From contig NC_043011.1 in assembly GCF_006345805.1 (NCBI RefSeq), positions 46,078,464 through 46,142,463 of the forward strand: a stretch of 64,000 nt of DNA, read 5' to 3'. The number at the start of each line of letters is the position of its first letter. Positions within the stretch are counted from its first letter, which is position 1. Positions 23,699 to 34,487 of the stretch are shown here, one piece after another. The notes beneath the pieces are model-generated. The model saw nothing but the letters and a program-made list of their open reading frames with translations, did no database searches and had not been told where the DNA came from. The DNA is from Octopus sinensis. Lineage: Eukaryota. Made by a program: the position numbers and the translations under genes.

Positions 23699-24698
23699 TT
23701 GGCTATTGAATAATTGTCACATATTATTTTACAGATATATTTTGTATATATATAACTATATATACATTTTGTATAATTTCTCCATTATATACATACATAC
23801 ATACATACATACAAACATACATACATATACATACATACATACATACATATATATATATACATACATATATATATATATATACATACATATACATACACAC
23901 ACACACACATATATATATATATATGTATATGTATATATATATATGTATGTATATATATATGTATATATACCTGGTCTGTTTGGTAGATGGTAACAAGAGG
24001 AAGCTTGCTGCCTGTCATATGCTTTCTCTCTTCCCCTCTCTTTCAGTAAATATATCTATCTATTTATACACACACACACGTATGTGTGTATATATATGTA
24101 CATACAAATGTGCATGCATGTGTGTGTGTGCATACGTGCAAAAACACAAATGTGCATAAAACTAGGTATCCTATGTTTGTATCTGAGCAAAACAGTGATA
24201 ATGTATATGCTCCTTATTGATATACTGGCTGATTGCCATCTACTTTCAAATACTCTGGAATTAAAATCCCTTACTTGAAAAACAGGTATGGGCTAATTAC
24301 TGAAAGACCAGGGTTATTAGGCAAAATTCTGGACAAAATTCTGCTTAAATACAATTCTCTCCCCATCTAACCTATACCCGCATGGAAAAATAGGTGTTAT
24401 GTGAATAAATGTAATCATTAACATAGATGCATGCATGCGTACATACAAACGTATATACATACATATGTACACACCTACATTAATGCATGCATGCACATAC
24501 ATACATTTATGTATGTATGTATGTATGTATGTATGTATGCATGCATGCATCTATGTATCTATGTATGTATGTATGTATATTTGGATGTATATGTAGGCAG
24601 ATGAACATATGAAAGAATGTTGTTCTTCACACACTGAAATGGAGATGTAAGTATATATATATATACTTTATTTAAAGCAGCAGAAAATTCAACAAAAC

Positions 24699-24736
24699 CT
24701 GTTACTCTGAGTTTCACGTTCCCGTTCGTCGGACAG
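24699..24736 (-). ncRNA. Minimal type-I hammerhead ribozyme (U4C variant, otherwise intact)
   Basis: CUGU-CCGACGA-ACG(GGAA)CGU-GAAA-CUC(A)GAG-UA^ACAG; all three helices pair; predicted cut between 24703 and 24702. Confidence 0.75.
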
Positions 24737-24753
24737 TTTTTTTCTAGCAAAAA

Positions 24754-24791
24754 CTGTCCAACGAACGGGAACGTGAAACTCAGAGTAACAG
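24754..24791 (+). ncRNA. Minimal hammerhead copy with G5A, predicted inactive
   Basis: CUGU-CCAACGA-ACGGGAACGU-GAAA-CUCAGAGUA-ACAG. Confidence 0.65.
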
Positions 24792-24917
24792 GTTTTGTTG
24801 AATTTTCTGCTTCTTTAAATACAGTATATTACTCTACCACTGGTATTTGAGTACTCTTCTTTTTTCCACCTTGTTTCACAGTTATGTGTTTACTCCGGTA
24901 TATATATATATATATAT

Positions 24918-25271
24918 CGTGGCACTCTGTTAGTTACGACGACGAGGGTTCCAGTTGATCCGATCAATGGAACAGCCTGCTTGTGAAATGAATGTGCAAG
25001 TGGCTGAGCACTCCGTAGACATGTGTACCCTTAACACAGTTTAGTTCTCGGGGAGATTCAGCATGACACAGTGTGACAAGGCTGGCCCTTTAAAATACAG
25101 GTACAACAGAAACAAGAAAAGAGTGAGAGAAAGTTATGGTGAAAGACTACAACAGGGGTTGCTTTAGGTGTTTTCACTCAATAAACACTCACAACACCCG
25201 GTCTGGGAATTGAAACTGTGATCCTACAACTGCAAGTCTGCTGCCCTAACCATTGGACCACTGTGCCTCCA
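24918..25271 (-). mobile_element. SINE-D with an internal deletion
   Basis: GATCCGATCAATGGAACAGCCTGC...CCCTAACCATTGGACCACTGTGCCTCCAC. Confidence 0.88.
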
Positions 25272-25563
25272 CATATATATGTACATATGTGTATGCACAC
25301 ACAAGCAGGCTTGCCTCCCACTAGCTATACAATAAACCAGAAACTTATGAAAGAAATTGTTTAGTATTTGGATAACTGAGGGGCTTAGTGTATTCCTTTC
25401 GGTTTTGCTGAAAGAATACTTTGAATTGTGTTTGTCATTAGCTTGAATAGTGGGGCAGAAGGATTTGTTTTGAATTAATATAGTAACTGTTGTGACAATT
25501 TGGAGGAGCACTGAAATACAAAAGCAAGCCAGTCCACCTTACATCAATATATACATGTGTGTG

Positions 25564-25596
<33 letters not shown>

Positions 25597-25739
25597 GATA
25601 GAAATATGTTACAAAAACAAAATAGAAACTCCCCCTATATATATATATATAGATATATATATATATATATGTATTATGTATGTATGTATGTAATGTATCT
25701 ATATATATATATATATATATTATTAATGTAATATGTTAG

Positions 25740-25770
<31 letters not shown>

Positions 25771-25853
25771 GAATATGTACAAAAACAAAATAGAAACTCC
25801 CCCTATATAATATATATATATATATATATAATGTATGTATGTATGTATGTATG

Positions 25854-25930
<77 letters not shown>

Positions 25931-25968
25931 GAAATATGTTACAAAAACAAAATAGAAACTCCCCCTTA

Positions 25969-26017
<49 letters not shown>

Positions 26018-26021
26018 TGTA

Positions 26022-26057
<36 letters not shown>

Positions 26058-26100
26058 GAAATATGTTAAAAAAAAAAAAATAGAAACTCCCCCCAACATA
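25597..26100. repeat. Four tandem units of a ~38-bp core spaced by variable (TA)n/(ATGT)n
   Basis: ATAGAAATATGTTACAAAAACAAAATAGAAACTCCCC at ~25599, 25768, 25928 and 26056. Confidence 0.9.
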
Positions 26101-26119
26101 TACATATACATATATATAT

Positions 26120-26160
<41 letters not shown>

Positions 26161-26164
26161 TATA

Positions 26165-26381
26165 GTGTGTGTGTGTGTGTTTGTGTGTCTGCGTTTGTCC
26201 CCCCAACATCGCTTGACAACAGATGCTGGTGTGTTTACGTCCCCGTAACTTAGCAGTTCAGCAAAAGAGACCGATAGAATAAATGCTAGGCTGACAAAGA
26301 ATAAGTCCTGGGGTCGATTTGCTCGACTAAAGGCGGTGCTCCAGCATGGCCACAGTCAAATGACTGAAACAAATAAAAGAG
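26165..26381 (+). mobile_element. SINE-A, 3' half
   Basis: TTTGTCCCCCAACATCGCTTGACAAC...CAAATGACTGAAACAAATAAAAGAG. Confidence 0.9.
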
Positions 26382-26414
26382 TGTGTGTATGCATCTATCT
26401 ATCTATCTATCAAT

Positions 26415-26474
<60 letters not shown>

Positions 26475-27686
26475 ATATATATATATAAGGATATTACTGT
26501 TTATAATTGACAACAATGTCAGTGGCTAGCATGAATAAAAGAACCATAAATGTAAAATTATCAATTAATAAGGAAGGATACTACTTGTAGCACCAGCATG
26601 CTAAAGATAGTACCCTTTATTACTTATATATATATATGTACGCATACATGTGTGTGTATGTATATATATATATATATATATGTGTGTGTGAGTGTGTTTA
26701 TTTATATATATGTATATATAAATATGTATATATGTGTATGTGTGTGTATAAATATGTGTATGTATATATATATATTTATATGATAGTGCTTATTAAGTGA
26801 ATTTGACAAGTAAAACAGAGTTTGATGTATAGAGAGTAAATATAGATGGAGAGATTTGGGATGACATAGTTGTTGTATTAGTAGCTGTCAAAGCGTCAGC
26901 AGGTGGACACAGGTGCATGGTGTGTAAGTAATTACAGACTGTGGGTCACTCATTAATAGCAAGGCTTGGCTATGAGGCAGAGAGGTCTATCATTACGACT
27001 GAATGCATGTGTTTGTGTATGTGCATGAATGTGTATATAAGTGTGTGTGTGTGTGTGGTGTGTGTGTGTGCATGTTTCTGTGCGTCTGCATGTGTGTGTG
27101 TGTGCGCATAGTGTATCCGTATTATACCACACCTCAGACACTCATACGTGTATATCTAAACTTACACACACATAATCACATATACATACGTCTTACTGAT
27201 ATGAGATATGAAATCAGTTCATTAGGAAACAAAATATAAAACCATTCAAAATGAATTCACAGTGATGTTTAATTCAAGTCTTAATCTATTATTTCTGCAT
27301 TCATATTTAAAATATATCAAATTTAGCTAAATTCCTTCACACAATATTGAAATGAATATTAAATGAATTTTACTAACATTTAGTATTTAATATTTTACTG
27401 ATATTTAGTATTTAATATTTTACTAATATTTAGTATTCTCTAAAATTTTACTGACACAATTCTGTAAAGAGGAAAAAAAAATGAATATTTTTCTTTTTAT
27501 TTTTCTCTCATTCTCTCATTCTCTTCTTTTCAATAAACAACATACTCGAACCGTGTCATTCCTCAATGTGCTACATTAACCAATATTACAGTTTATGGAA
27601 TGTGGTACCAATTATTTTAATATTCTTCAACTATTTAGTAAAATAACGTATGGTAGGGAGATATAATTCCACTAAGCATTTCTTAC

Positions 27687-27784
27687 CTGTCAGCTTTGTA
27701 TGTGAACGGTGTAAGCCAACTTTGGTTGCAAGACTTTCACAGAGTAGTTTGCAAGGAGACATCTTAGTGAATGTGTTTATTGAT
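27687..27784 (-). CDS. Candidate exon, SINTFTKMSPCKLLCESLATKVGLHRSHTKLT; product unknown
   Basis: Acceptor TTTTACCATATTGTCTGCTTAG, strong donor CAG|GTAAGA, one open frame over 98 nt in non-repeat DNA; no homology recognised. Confidence 0.35.
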
Positions 27785-27898
27785 CTAAGCAGACAATATG
27801 GTAAAAACTCAATCAGCCTTTTTTTTGTTTTGTTTTTACCTTTTCTAATTCAAGCGAGTAACTATATATATTTTTTTTCTTTCTTCTTTTTTATACAG

Positions 27899-27913
27899 GT
27901 GCTAAATGATCAG
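27899..27913 (+). CDS. Candidate 15-nt microexon (VLNDQ)
   Basis: Long pyrimidine tract TTTTTTTTCTTTCTTCTTTTTTATACAG|, donor CAG|GTATCC (moderate); only phase 0 is open. Confidence 0.3.
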
Positions 27914-28184
27914 GTATCCGCTGATGAAAGAAATTCAATTCTCTACTCTACACCGAAACAAATAAATAAAAATTGAATAGATAAATGTAAGAAATATACC
28001 CTAAAGCAAACTAATTAAGATACTTGTTCACACACACACACACACACACATACACACACACACATATACACATGCACACAGAAACATGACACATATACAC
28101 ATACATGCACAAATTACAAGCATACTTATTCCATCTTATATGTATATGTACATACATGATTCTGTGCATGTCTGTGTGCATGTG

Positions 28185-28229
<45 letters not shown>

Positions 28230-28716
28230 ATACATGCCTACAAAAACAAATACATATATATATATATATATATATATAAATATATACACATGTATACAAA
28301 TGCACTTATATATATATGTATATATATACATACACACACAGGTAGACAATTATAAACAGAACACATTTATTATATTTAAGAGAAAGACAGATAATGAGTG
28401 AAGTAATTTCTGTTATATATATATATATATGCATGCACGTGTGTGTGTGTGTGTGTGTGTGTGTTGTGTGTGTGTTTGTGTGTGCGTATGTGTGTGTGAG
28501 AAATAAGGGAGAAGTGAAAAAATTAGTATGTCAAAAATGATATAAACTGATAAAGCATATGTTTATATAGGTAATGCAAGTGCACACACACACACACACA
28601 CACCACACATTCACTTTATATACAAGCACACATACATCCACACAGATATTCTACATACATGTCATGTAAATGGCACCAATGAAATCATAGTAGTGATTGT
28701 TGCTGGTGTCGTATAC

Positions 28717-28919
28717 ATGGCACCCGTGCCGGTGGCGTGTAAACAACAACCATTACACTCTTGGAGTGGTTGGCATTAGGAAAGGCATCCGGCCATAGAA
28801 ACCATGCCAAATCAGACTGGAACATCCTGCAGTTCTCTGGTTTACCTTACCAGTTCCAGTCAAACCATCTAACCCATGCCAGCATGGAAAGTGGACGTTA
28901 AATTAGGATGATGTTGATG
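28717..28919 (+). mobile_element. Repeat C, decayed
   Basis: CATTACACTCTTGGAGTGGTTGGCATTAGGAAAGGCATCC...GCATGGAAAGTGGACGTTAAA. Confidence 0.8.
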
Positions 28920-29144
28920 GTAGACACCCACACACACACCCCACACATACATATATTTATATATCTGTACATGCTTATATGCCTATAGTTTATTAACTAA
29001 CATTTATTTGTACATACACATATGTAAGTTTCTGTGTGTTCATGTATGTATTTCACTCTCTCTCTTTGTATATATATGTATATATAGACATATGACATAT
29101 ATATATATATGTGTGTGTGTATATATATATATATGTATATATGC

Positions 29145-29188
<44 letters not shown>

Positions 29189-29191
29189 ATG

Positions 29192-29226
<35 letters not shown>

Positions 29227-29241
29227 ATGTATATATATATA

Positions 29242-29277
<36 letters not shown>

Positions 29278-29310
29278 CATACACATATATATATATATAT
29301 TTATATATAT

Positions 29311-29601
29311 ATGGAGGCACATGGCCTAGTATTTAGAGCTGTGGACATGTGGTTGTGGGATCATGGGTTCGAATCTCTGACCGGTTGATGTGTGTGTTTA
29401 TGAGTGAAACATCTAAGCTCCATAAAGCAGAAGGTAATGGCAAACTTCTGCTGACTCTTTCGCCAAAACTTTCTCTCACTCTTTCCTCCTGCATCTTGCA
29501 ACTCACCTGCAATGGACTGGTGTTCCATACATATGGGGAACCTATACGCCAAGGAAACCGGCCCTTATGAGCCAGGCATGGCTCGAGAAGGAACAAACAA
29601 C
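29311..29601 (+). mobile_element. SINE-L (SINE-D head and middle + V-like tail)
   Basis: GGAGGCACATGGCCTAGT..GGTTCGAATC; AACTTTCTCTCACTCTTTC as in D; then CCTGCAATGGACTGG. Confidence 0.75.
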
Positions 29602-29622
29602 TTTTCCTTCTAAAGGATGAAA

Positions 29623-29694
<72 letters not shown>

Positions 29695-29711
29695 ATATAT
29701 ATTAATACATA

Positions 29712-30104
29712 TATGAGAGGGAATCCACTAAAAGTGAACTCCCTTACGCTAGCCATGAAAAGTTGTTCTCAAGAAAAAATTTAGCTCACCATGAATGTAA
29801 TCGGGCAGGGCAAATGAAAAATAACAAAAATATAGATTAACTCCATACAATTGTTTCACTGTTAATAAATTATGCAATTTTACTTACACAAGTAGATCGT
29901 CAGTAAGTCTGTCAAGAATATAATTTGTTGAACTGCATGCCATATATTAACACGAGGCCAAAAATGTGAGCAGTACGGCCTATTACATTCATAGTTATAT
30001 TCAAATGCCCTCGTCCAGCGCGCCAAATTTCCGGAAATAAATACCGCATAAACAATTCACTGCAGTAGTTAACGCCGGTTTGAGAACAATATTAATTAAT
30101 TTTG

Positions 30105-30107
<3 letters not shown>
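29712..30107. other. Unclassified CpG-containing insert within a (TA)n/(TATC)n tract
   Basis: Bounded by microsatellites on both sides; imperfect terminal hairpin AGGGAATCCACT-AAA-AGTGAACTCCCT; CpG richer than the flanks. Confidence 0.4.
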
Positions 30108-30154
<47 letters not shown>

Positions 30155-30373
30155 ATAGTTAATACAAAATTATCTGAATTGTTTTAAGTATTTCTGTCAG
30201 TCTTCTTCTTCGCTTTCAACATGTGTGTATTATGGAGTGATGAGTTGAAGTGGCTGGACAGTTCAGCATCTACTTTCAGATTATAGACATGGTTTCTTCT
30301 GTCCCCCTTCCCTTTAATTATAATTGTACTTTGTACTATAATAAATCTCTCCCTCTCTCAATATATATACATA

Positions 30374-30408
<35 letters not shown>

Positions 30409-30412
<4 letters not shown>

Positions 30413-30680
30413 TTAGCAGCATCACCTTACTGGCACTTATGCTGGTAGCATGAGAAAAAAAATTCGAGGGAGGTCATTGCCAGTGCTGCTGGACTGACTC
30501 CTGTGCAGGTGGCACGTAAAAGCACCCACTACACTCTCAGAGTGGTTGGCATTAGGAAGGGCATCCAGCTGTAGAAACTCTGCCAGATCAGATTGGAGCC
30601 TGGTGCAGCCATCTAGTTCACCAGTCCTCAGTCAAATCGTCCAACCCATGCTAGTGTGGAAAGCGGACGTTAAACGATGA
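30409..30680 (+). mobile_element. Repeat C
   Basis: ATCGTTAGCAGCATCACCTTACTGGCAC...GGAAGGGCATCCAGCTGTAGAAACTC...GGACGTTAAACGATGA. Confidence 0.88.
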
Positions 30681-30950
30681 CACACATACATATATGAGAG
30701 TGTGTGTGCATGAATGTTTATGATTATATCAGTTGTTCAAAAATGACACACAGGGGCCACACTAGTATGTGCATTGCTGGTTTTTAGGAAATATCATTTA
30801 AGACTTCTGAAAATTTGTTCTAATTCTCCTGTGACTTTAGAGATGTGTAATTCGTAACTTTGCTATATGCAAGTATCATTGATAAAATAAGGTAAGCAAT
30901 GGTCTTTCTAATTTCCTTTGATATTTTAACTATAAAACTTACTGTTTTAA

Positions 30951-31167
30951 CCCTTTTGATATCAATCCAGCTGATAGTACAAATTCTGTAGTACAAATGT
31001 CTTATTTTCACGAGTTTTGAATTAAAATCTTTTGTCAAACCTTAGTCACAATTTTGGGTTCCTAACACTAGCTTAATGATAAGTAAGCTATTTTACTAAA
31101 TTCTTTGTTATATTTAAAATTAATTGAAAGAAACGCAGAACATCTCAAAATAAATACGGTAATGAAA
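30951..31167 (-). mobile_element. MITE-E (TTAA-flanked, piggyBac-like), one end lost
   Basis: TTAA|CCCTTTTGATATC...; reverse complement of 44977-45197. Confidence 0.75.
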
Positions 31168-31325
31168 TAAATACGTTGCTATGAAAATGCTTCAGTAATT
31201 TTGAACTCTCCAAACGAAGTGGGCTGCTAACTATTTTGTAATAATTTCAGTATGCCATGAAGCCAAGGATACTGAGAACCACTGCATTGCACATGTATCT
31301 TCTATCTTTTACATGTGCCTTCTAT

Positions 31326-32110
31326 CTTTTTACTTGTTTCAGTCCTTAGACTGTGGCTCTGCTGGGGCACCAATTTAAAGAAATTTTAGTAAAATTCAGG
31401 CTTGAAATTTTAGTAAAATTCAGGCTTGAAACCTCCTCAAGAAATGTGAAGACACAGGATGGAAAGTGGAGCATTTTTCAATCAAAGTCAGAAGTAGAAG
31501 AATTGTGGGACACAGTGTGAAGTGACTGCCATTATCATTAGGCCTAACTCATTGTAAAGTAAATACCACCATGAACAATATCCAAATAGTGAAAAAGGTT
31601 AGAGACTGGGTTTGGTTAAAAAGAGACGAAGAGCAATGGCTAGAAGAATACTGAGCTCTATTGGATAACCAGTTGATCTAGCAAGTGGGGCCTCATATCA
31701 GAAGGGGGCTGGGGCACAATGATGCCACGAAACAGCATGCATTTTCTCTTGATGACCCCATACACTTTCTGGCTTCCGCTATGCGGAGCCTTCAACTGAT
31801 AGCATTTGCATGTGCAAGTTGCTTGCGAAAACATGAACTGACTCTAGTGATTACACGGACGTAAACACACCCCCATCAGTTGTCAAGCGATGTTGGGGGG
31901 ACAAACACAGACACACAAACATACACACACACACACACACATAAATACATATATACAACGGGCTTCTTTCAGTTTCCGTCTACTAAATCCATTCACAAGT
32001 CTTTGATTGGCCCGAGGCTACAGAAGACACTTGCCCAAGGTGCCACACAGTGGGACTGAACCTGGAACCATGTGGTTCATAAGCAAGCTACTTACCACAG
32101 AGCCACTCCT
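31326..32110 (-). mobile_element. SINE-A split by a LINE insertion (pieces 31326-31378 and ~31848-32110)
   Basis: TTTTACTTGTTTCAGTC...GGGGCACC, resumes at GGACGTAAACACAC. Confidence 0.8.
31433..31850 (+). mobile_element. HERO-like (RLE-bearing) LINE 3' end
   Basis: LLKKCEDTGWKVEHFSIKVRSRRIVGHSVK*LPLSLGL..KVRDWVWLKRDEEQW resembles GWxxxxxPIEVGCRGF...WLWLKR; stop 31652-54 then 3' UTR. Confidence 0.7.
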
Positions 32111-32122
32111 ACGCCTATATAT

Positions 32123-32208
<86 letters not shown>

Positions 32209-32361
32209 TATATATATATTATATATATATACATACTCGTTTGTTTATTGTTACAGTCATTCTACCAGTTTCCATACTAGCATGAGTTATATGAATATAT
32301 TGTTGGTGCTTTGTTTCACTGTTTGCTGGCTTTCCTATTACTAACCTCTACTTACTCTTAG

Positions 32362-32405
32362 GTCAAGGATCATTTATTCCAGAAGTCTTCAAAAGCACAA
32401 AGGAA
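32362..32405 (+). CDS. Candidate 44-nt exon, (G)QGSFIPEVFKSTKE
   Basis: Perfect branch point TACTAAC then CTCTACTTACTCTTAG|; donor GAA|GTAAAT. Confidence 0.35.
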
Positions 32406-32539
32406 GTAAATTGTTCTCAGGGGAAAAAATCGTAGCAATACCACTGCTTGTAGTTCGGTGATTTTCAGAGAGGCACAAATGTAACCAAACATGAAACCAC
32501 ACACAAACATACATATGTATAACAGGACTGCACTTGGAA

Positions 32540-33110
32540 CCGGTCATGATTTTTGTTTACTCCAGCAAATCTCTTGTTTCTTTCTTCTGAACGGAAAACT
32601 CTGAATTCTTGAACTTATTAAAAAATAGTGTTGTGAGCCATTCTTCCTTGTCGGGGCAATAACAAACAGGGAAAAATCCAGTCCTTTATTGGTTCTAGGA
32701 TGTGCACCTTTACCATTTCTGACCACTCGTTCCAGTGCCACAACCAAGAACACTGATTTTTTGTCAATTATTTGCCATCAAATGGACTTTGTTCAGTGTC
32801 TTCAGCAAGTATTTTGCTTTGTGCACAACACCAAAACAAAGCAGTTTCGTCCCTATCATATATTTGATCAGAATTTTCTTTTTCTTTGATGCAACAAAAC
32901 AAGCCAAATCTTGAACAAAATATTCTGCTTCTAAGCCTGCACTCCTCTTTTCATCTGATGCACTGTGCAGTGAAATTTTTATGTCTATCTTCTAAATTTG
33001 TGCAACCTTCCATGCAAATATTCACACTAAAAATTTTTGGCTTGTTCAACAATAAAGCTGCTAGAAATATTCACAACATCAGATCTAAGTTACTCTAAAG
33101 CAGTTTATCA
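32540..33110 (-). pseudogene. pogo/Tigger-family transposase remnant
   Basis: DEKRSAGLEAEYFV, SDQIYDRDETALFW and KISVLGC..FPVCYCPDKEEWLT resemble QIYNADETGLFW / LPVxYxxxKxAW; stops and frameshifts. Confidence 0.75.
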
Positions 33111-33365
33111 GAGAACTATCTTTTTCCACCTTTTATTTTGATCAAAGAAAGAAAAAAACTTCTAAATTTGTTCTTTGTGTTCCTTTAAATCATAAATGAT
33201 AGAAGAACTAACTCCATACAAGACATACAGAAATATCCATGTCACACATTTATCTAACTTTTCAAATAGCTCCGTATTTTCCAGCATTGACAATGATTTG
33301 TGTTTATGTCTTTCTATTTCCATTGTGGCTTGGAAAGCGTCTTAAAAGAAAAAGTCTTGCTACAA

Positions 33366-33756
33366 TCTATATATATATAAAGCTGAAGTTGTTTGTGTAT
33401 GGCAGGTTTGGTAGCCTTCAACTAACACTATCTCCTCCGAGACCCTGCGGCGCAAGTTGACCAAAATTGAAAGTATGATAGAAGAAGGTTTGCTCTTCCT
33501 TCCGTAGAAGAAAAAATTCAAATCGGACCATGTTAACACCAAAAATTATTTACATCAAAAAGGTGCTTTTTTCTATGAAAATCCCTATTTTTTACGATTT
33601 TTTTACTGCTGTGTCGTCATTTTTTGGTGTATTTCAACTAGAAAAATGTTCACTTAAAGAGAATAACAAGCTACATAATGCAAAATTTTTACTTTTCAAA
33701 AATTTCAATTCTAAAGGGTCAAAACAAACCCGAGCAATGCTGGGCTATACTGCTAG
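33366..33756 (+). mobile_element. Non-autonomous Helitron (391 bp)
   Basis: A|TCTATATATATATAAAGC 5' end; 3' hairpin CCCGAGCAATGCTGGG then CTAG|T; inserted between A and T, no TSD. Confidence 0.9.
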
Positions 33757-34100
33757 TAAGAGTTAAAGGAGAAAATCCCAGACAATTCAATTGATGCAAA
33801 TGATGGCTTTGCAACGTGATGAAGGCATTGTGTAACTCAGCATATCATCTATGAGAAATGTCTTATTTGATCTGCATTAGTTAGGAAAAAGTTTGAAAAC
33901 AAGCCCATTTAAAAAGATTGAGGTGTTAAATTTTATGTGGTAAAACCAAGTTTTAGCTGTGTAGATTCTGAAAATAATACCAGTTATATAAATGACTATT
34001 TGCTCAATAACATCTTATTCTTTGTTAGAAGAATAGCCATGAATCATATGTGAATATATACCATGTATATATATATACACACACACATCATATATATATG

Positions 34101-34130
<30 letters not shown>

Positions 34131-34131
<1 letters not shown>

Positions 34132-34477
34132 AAAGAATAAAGAGTAAATCCCACTTCGGTCATGAATGACCATGGAGATGCACCTAGAAAGTTACCCTCC
34201 CAGGCACAAGTCCAGGCAATGTTGTTTATGGAAGACCAGCAGTCACCCATGCATACCAGCCCCACGTCTTCAAGCCACCAATGTTATCCAAGGAAAAGGC
34301 TAAGGCCGATACAGCTTCGTACCAGTGATGTCGCAACTCATTTCTATGGCTGTGTAAACTGGAGCAATGTGAAATAAAGTATCTTGCTCAAGAACACAAC
34401 ACACAGCCCGGTCCAGGAATAGAACTCACTACTTCATTATTGTGAACCGGATGCTCTAACCACTGAGCCATGCACTT
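34131..34477 (-). mobile_element. SINE-J (tRNA head + CORE-like + distinct tail)
   Basis: Minus GTGCATGGCTCAGTGGTTAGAGCATCC..GAGTTCTATTCC..GTGTTCTTGAGCAAGATACTTT. Confidence 0.8.
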
Positions 34478-34487
34478 ATATATATAT

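Larger units (their letters stand above)
23440..23737. mobile_element. Penelope-like terminal repeat forming a spacerless fold-back (arms 23507-23622 and 23623-23737)
   Basis: Centre CTGAAAAAC|GTTTTTCAG; 7 substitutions + 1 indel over ~116 bp; hammerhead motif in each arm; microsatellite flanks. No RT/GIY-YIG ORF seen, so the PLE call is inferred. Confidence 0.7.
24661..24900. mobile_element. Second Penelope-like terminal repeat with an 81-bp-arm fold-back (24661-24741 / 24749-24829)
   Basis: 3 mismatches in 81 bp, 7-nt spacer; a hammerhead in each arm; flanked by (TA)n. Confidence 0.72.

Noticed and set aside
32283-32345. LLVLCFTVCWLSYY resembling GPCR TM6
   Set aside because: Only 21 codons between ATG and stop; it is the T-rich acceptor region of the 32362 candidate exon.
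33239-33365. TM-like peptide followed by KRLKRK
   Set aside because: Runs into the Helitron with no donor site; T-rich composition explains it.
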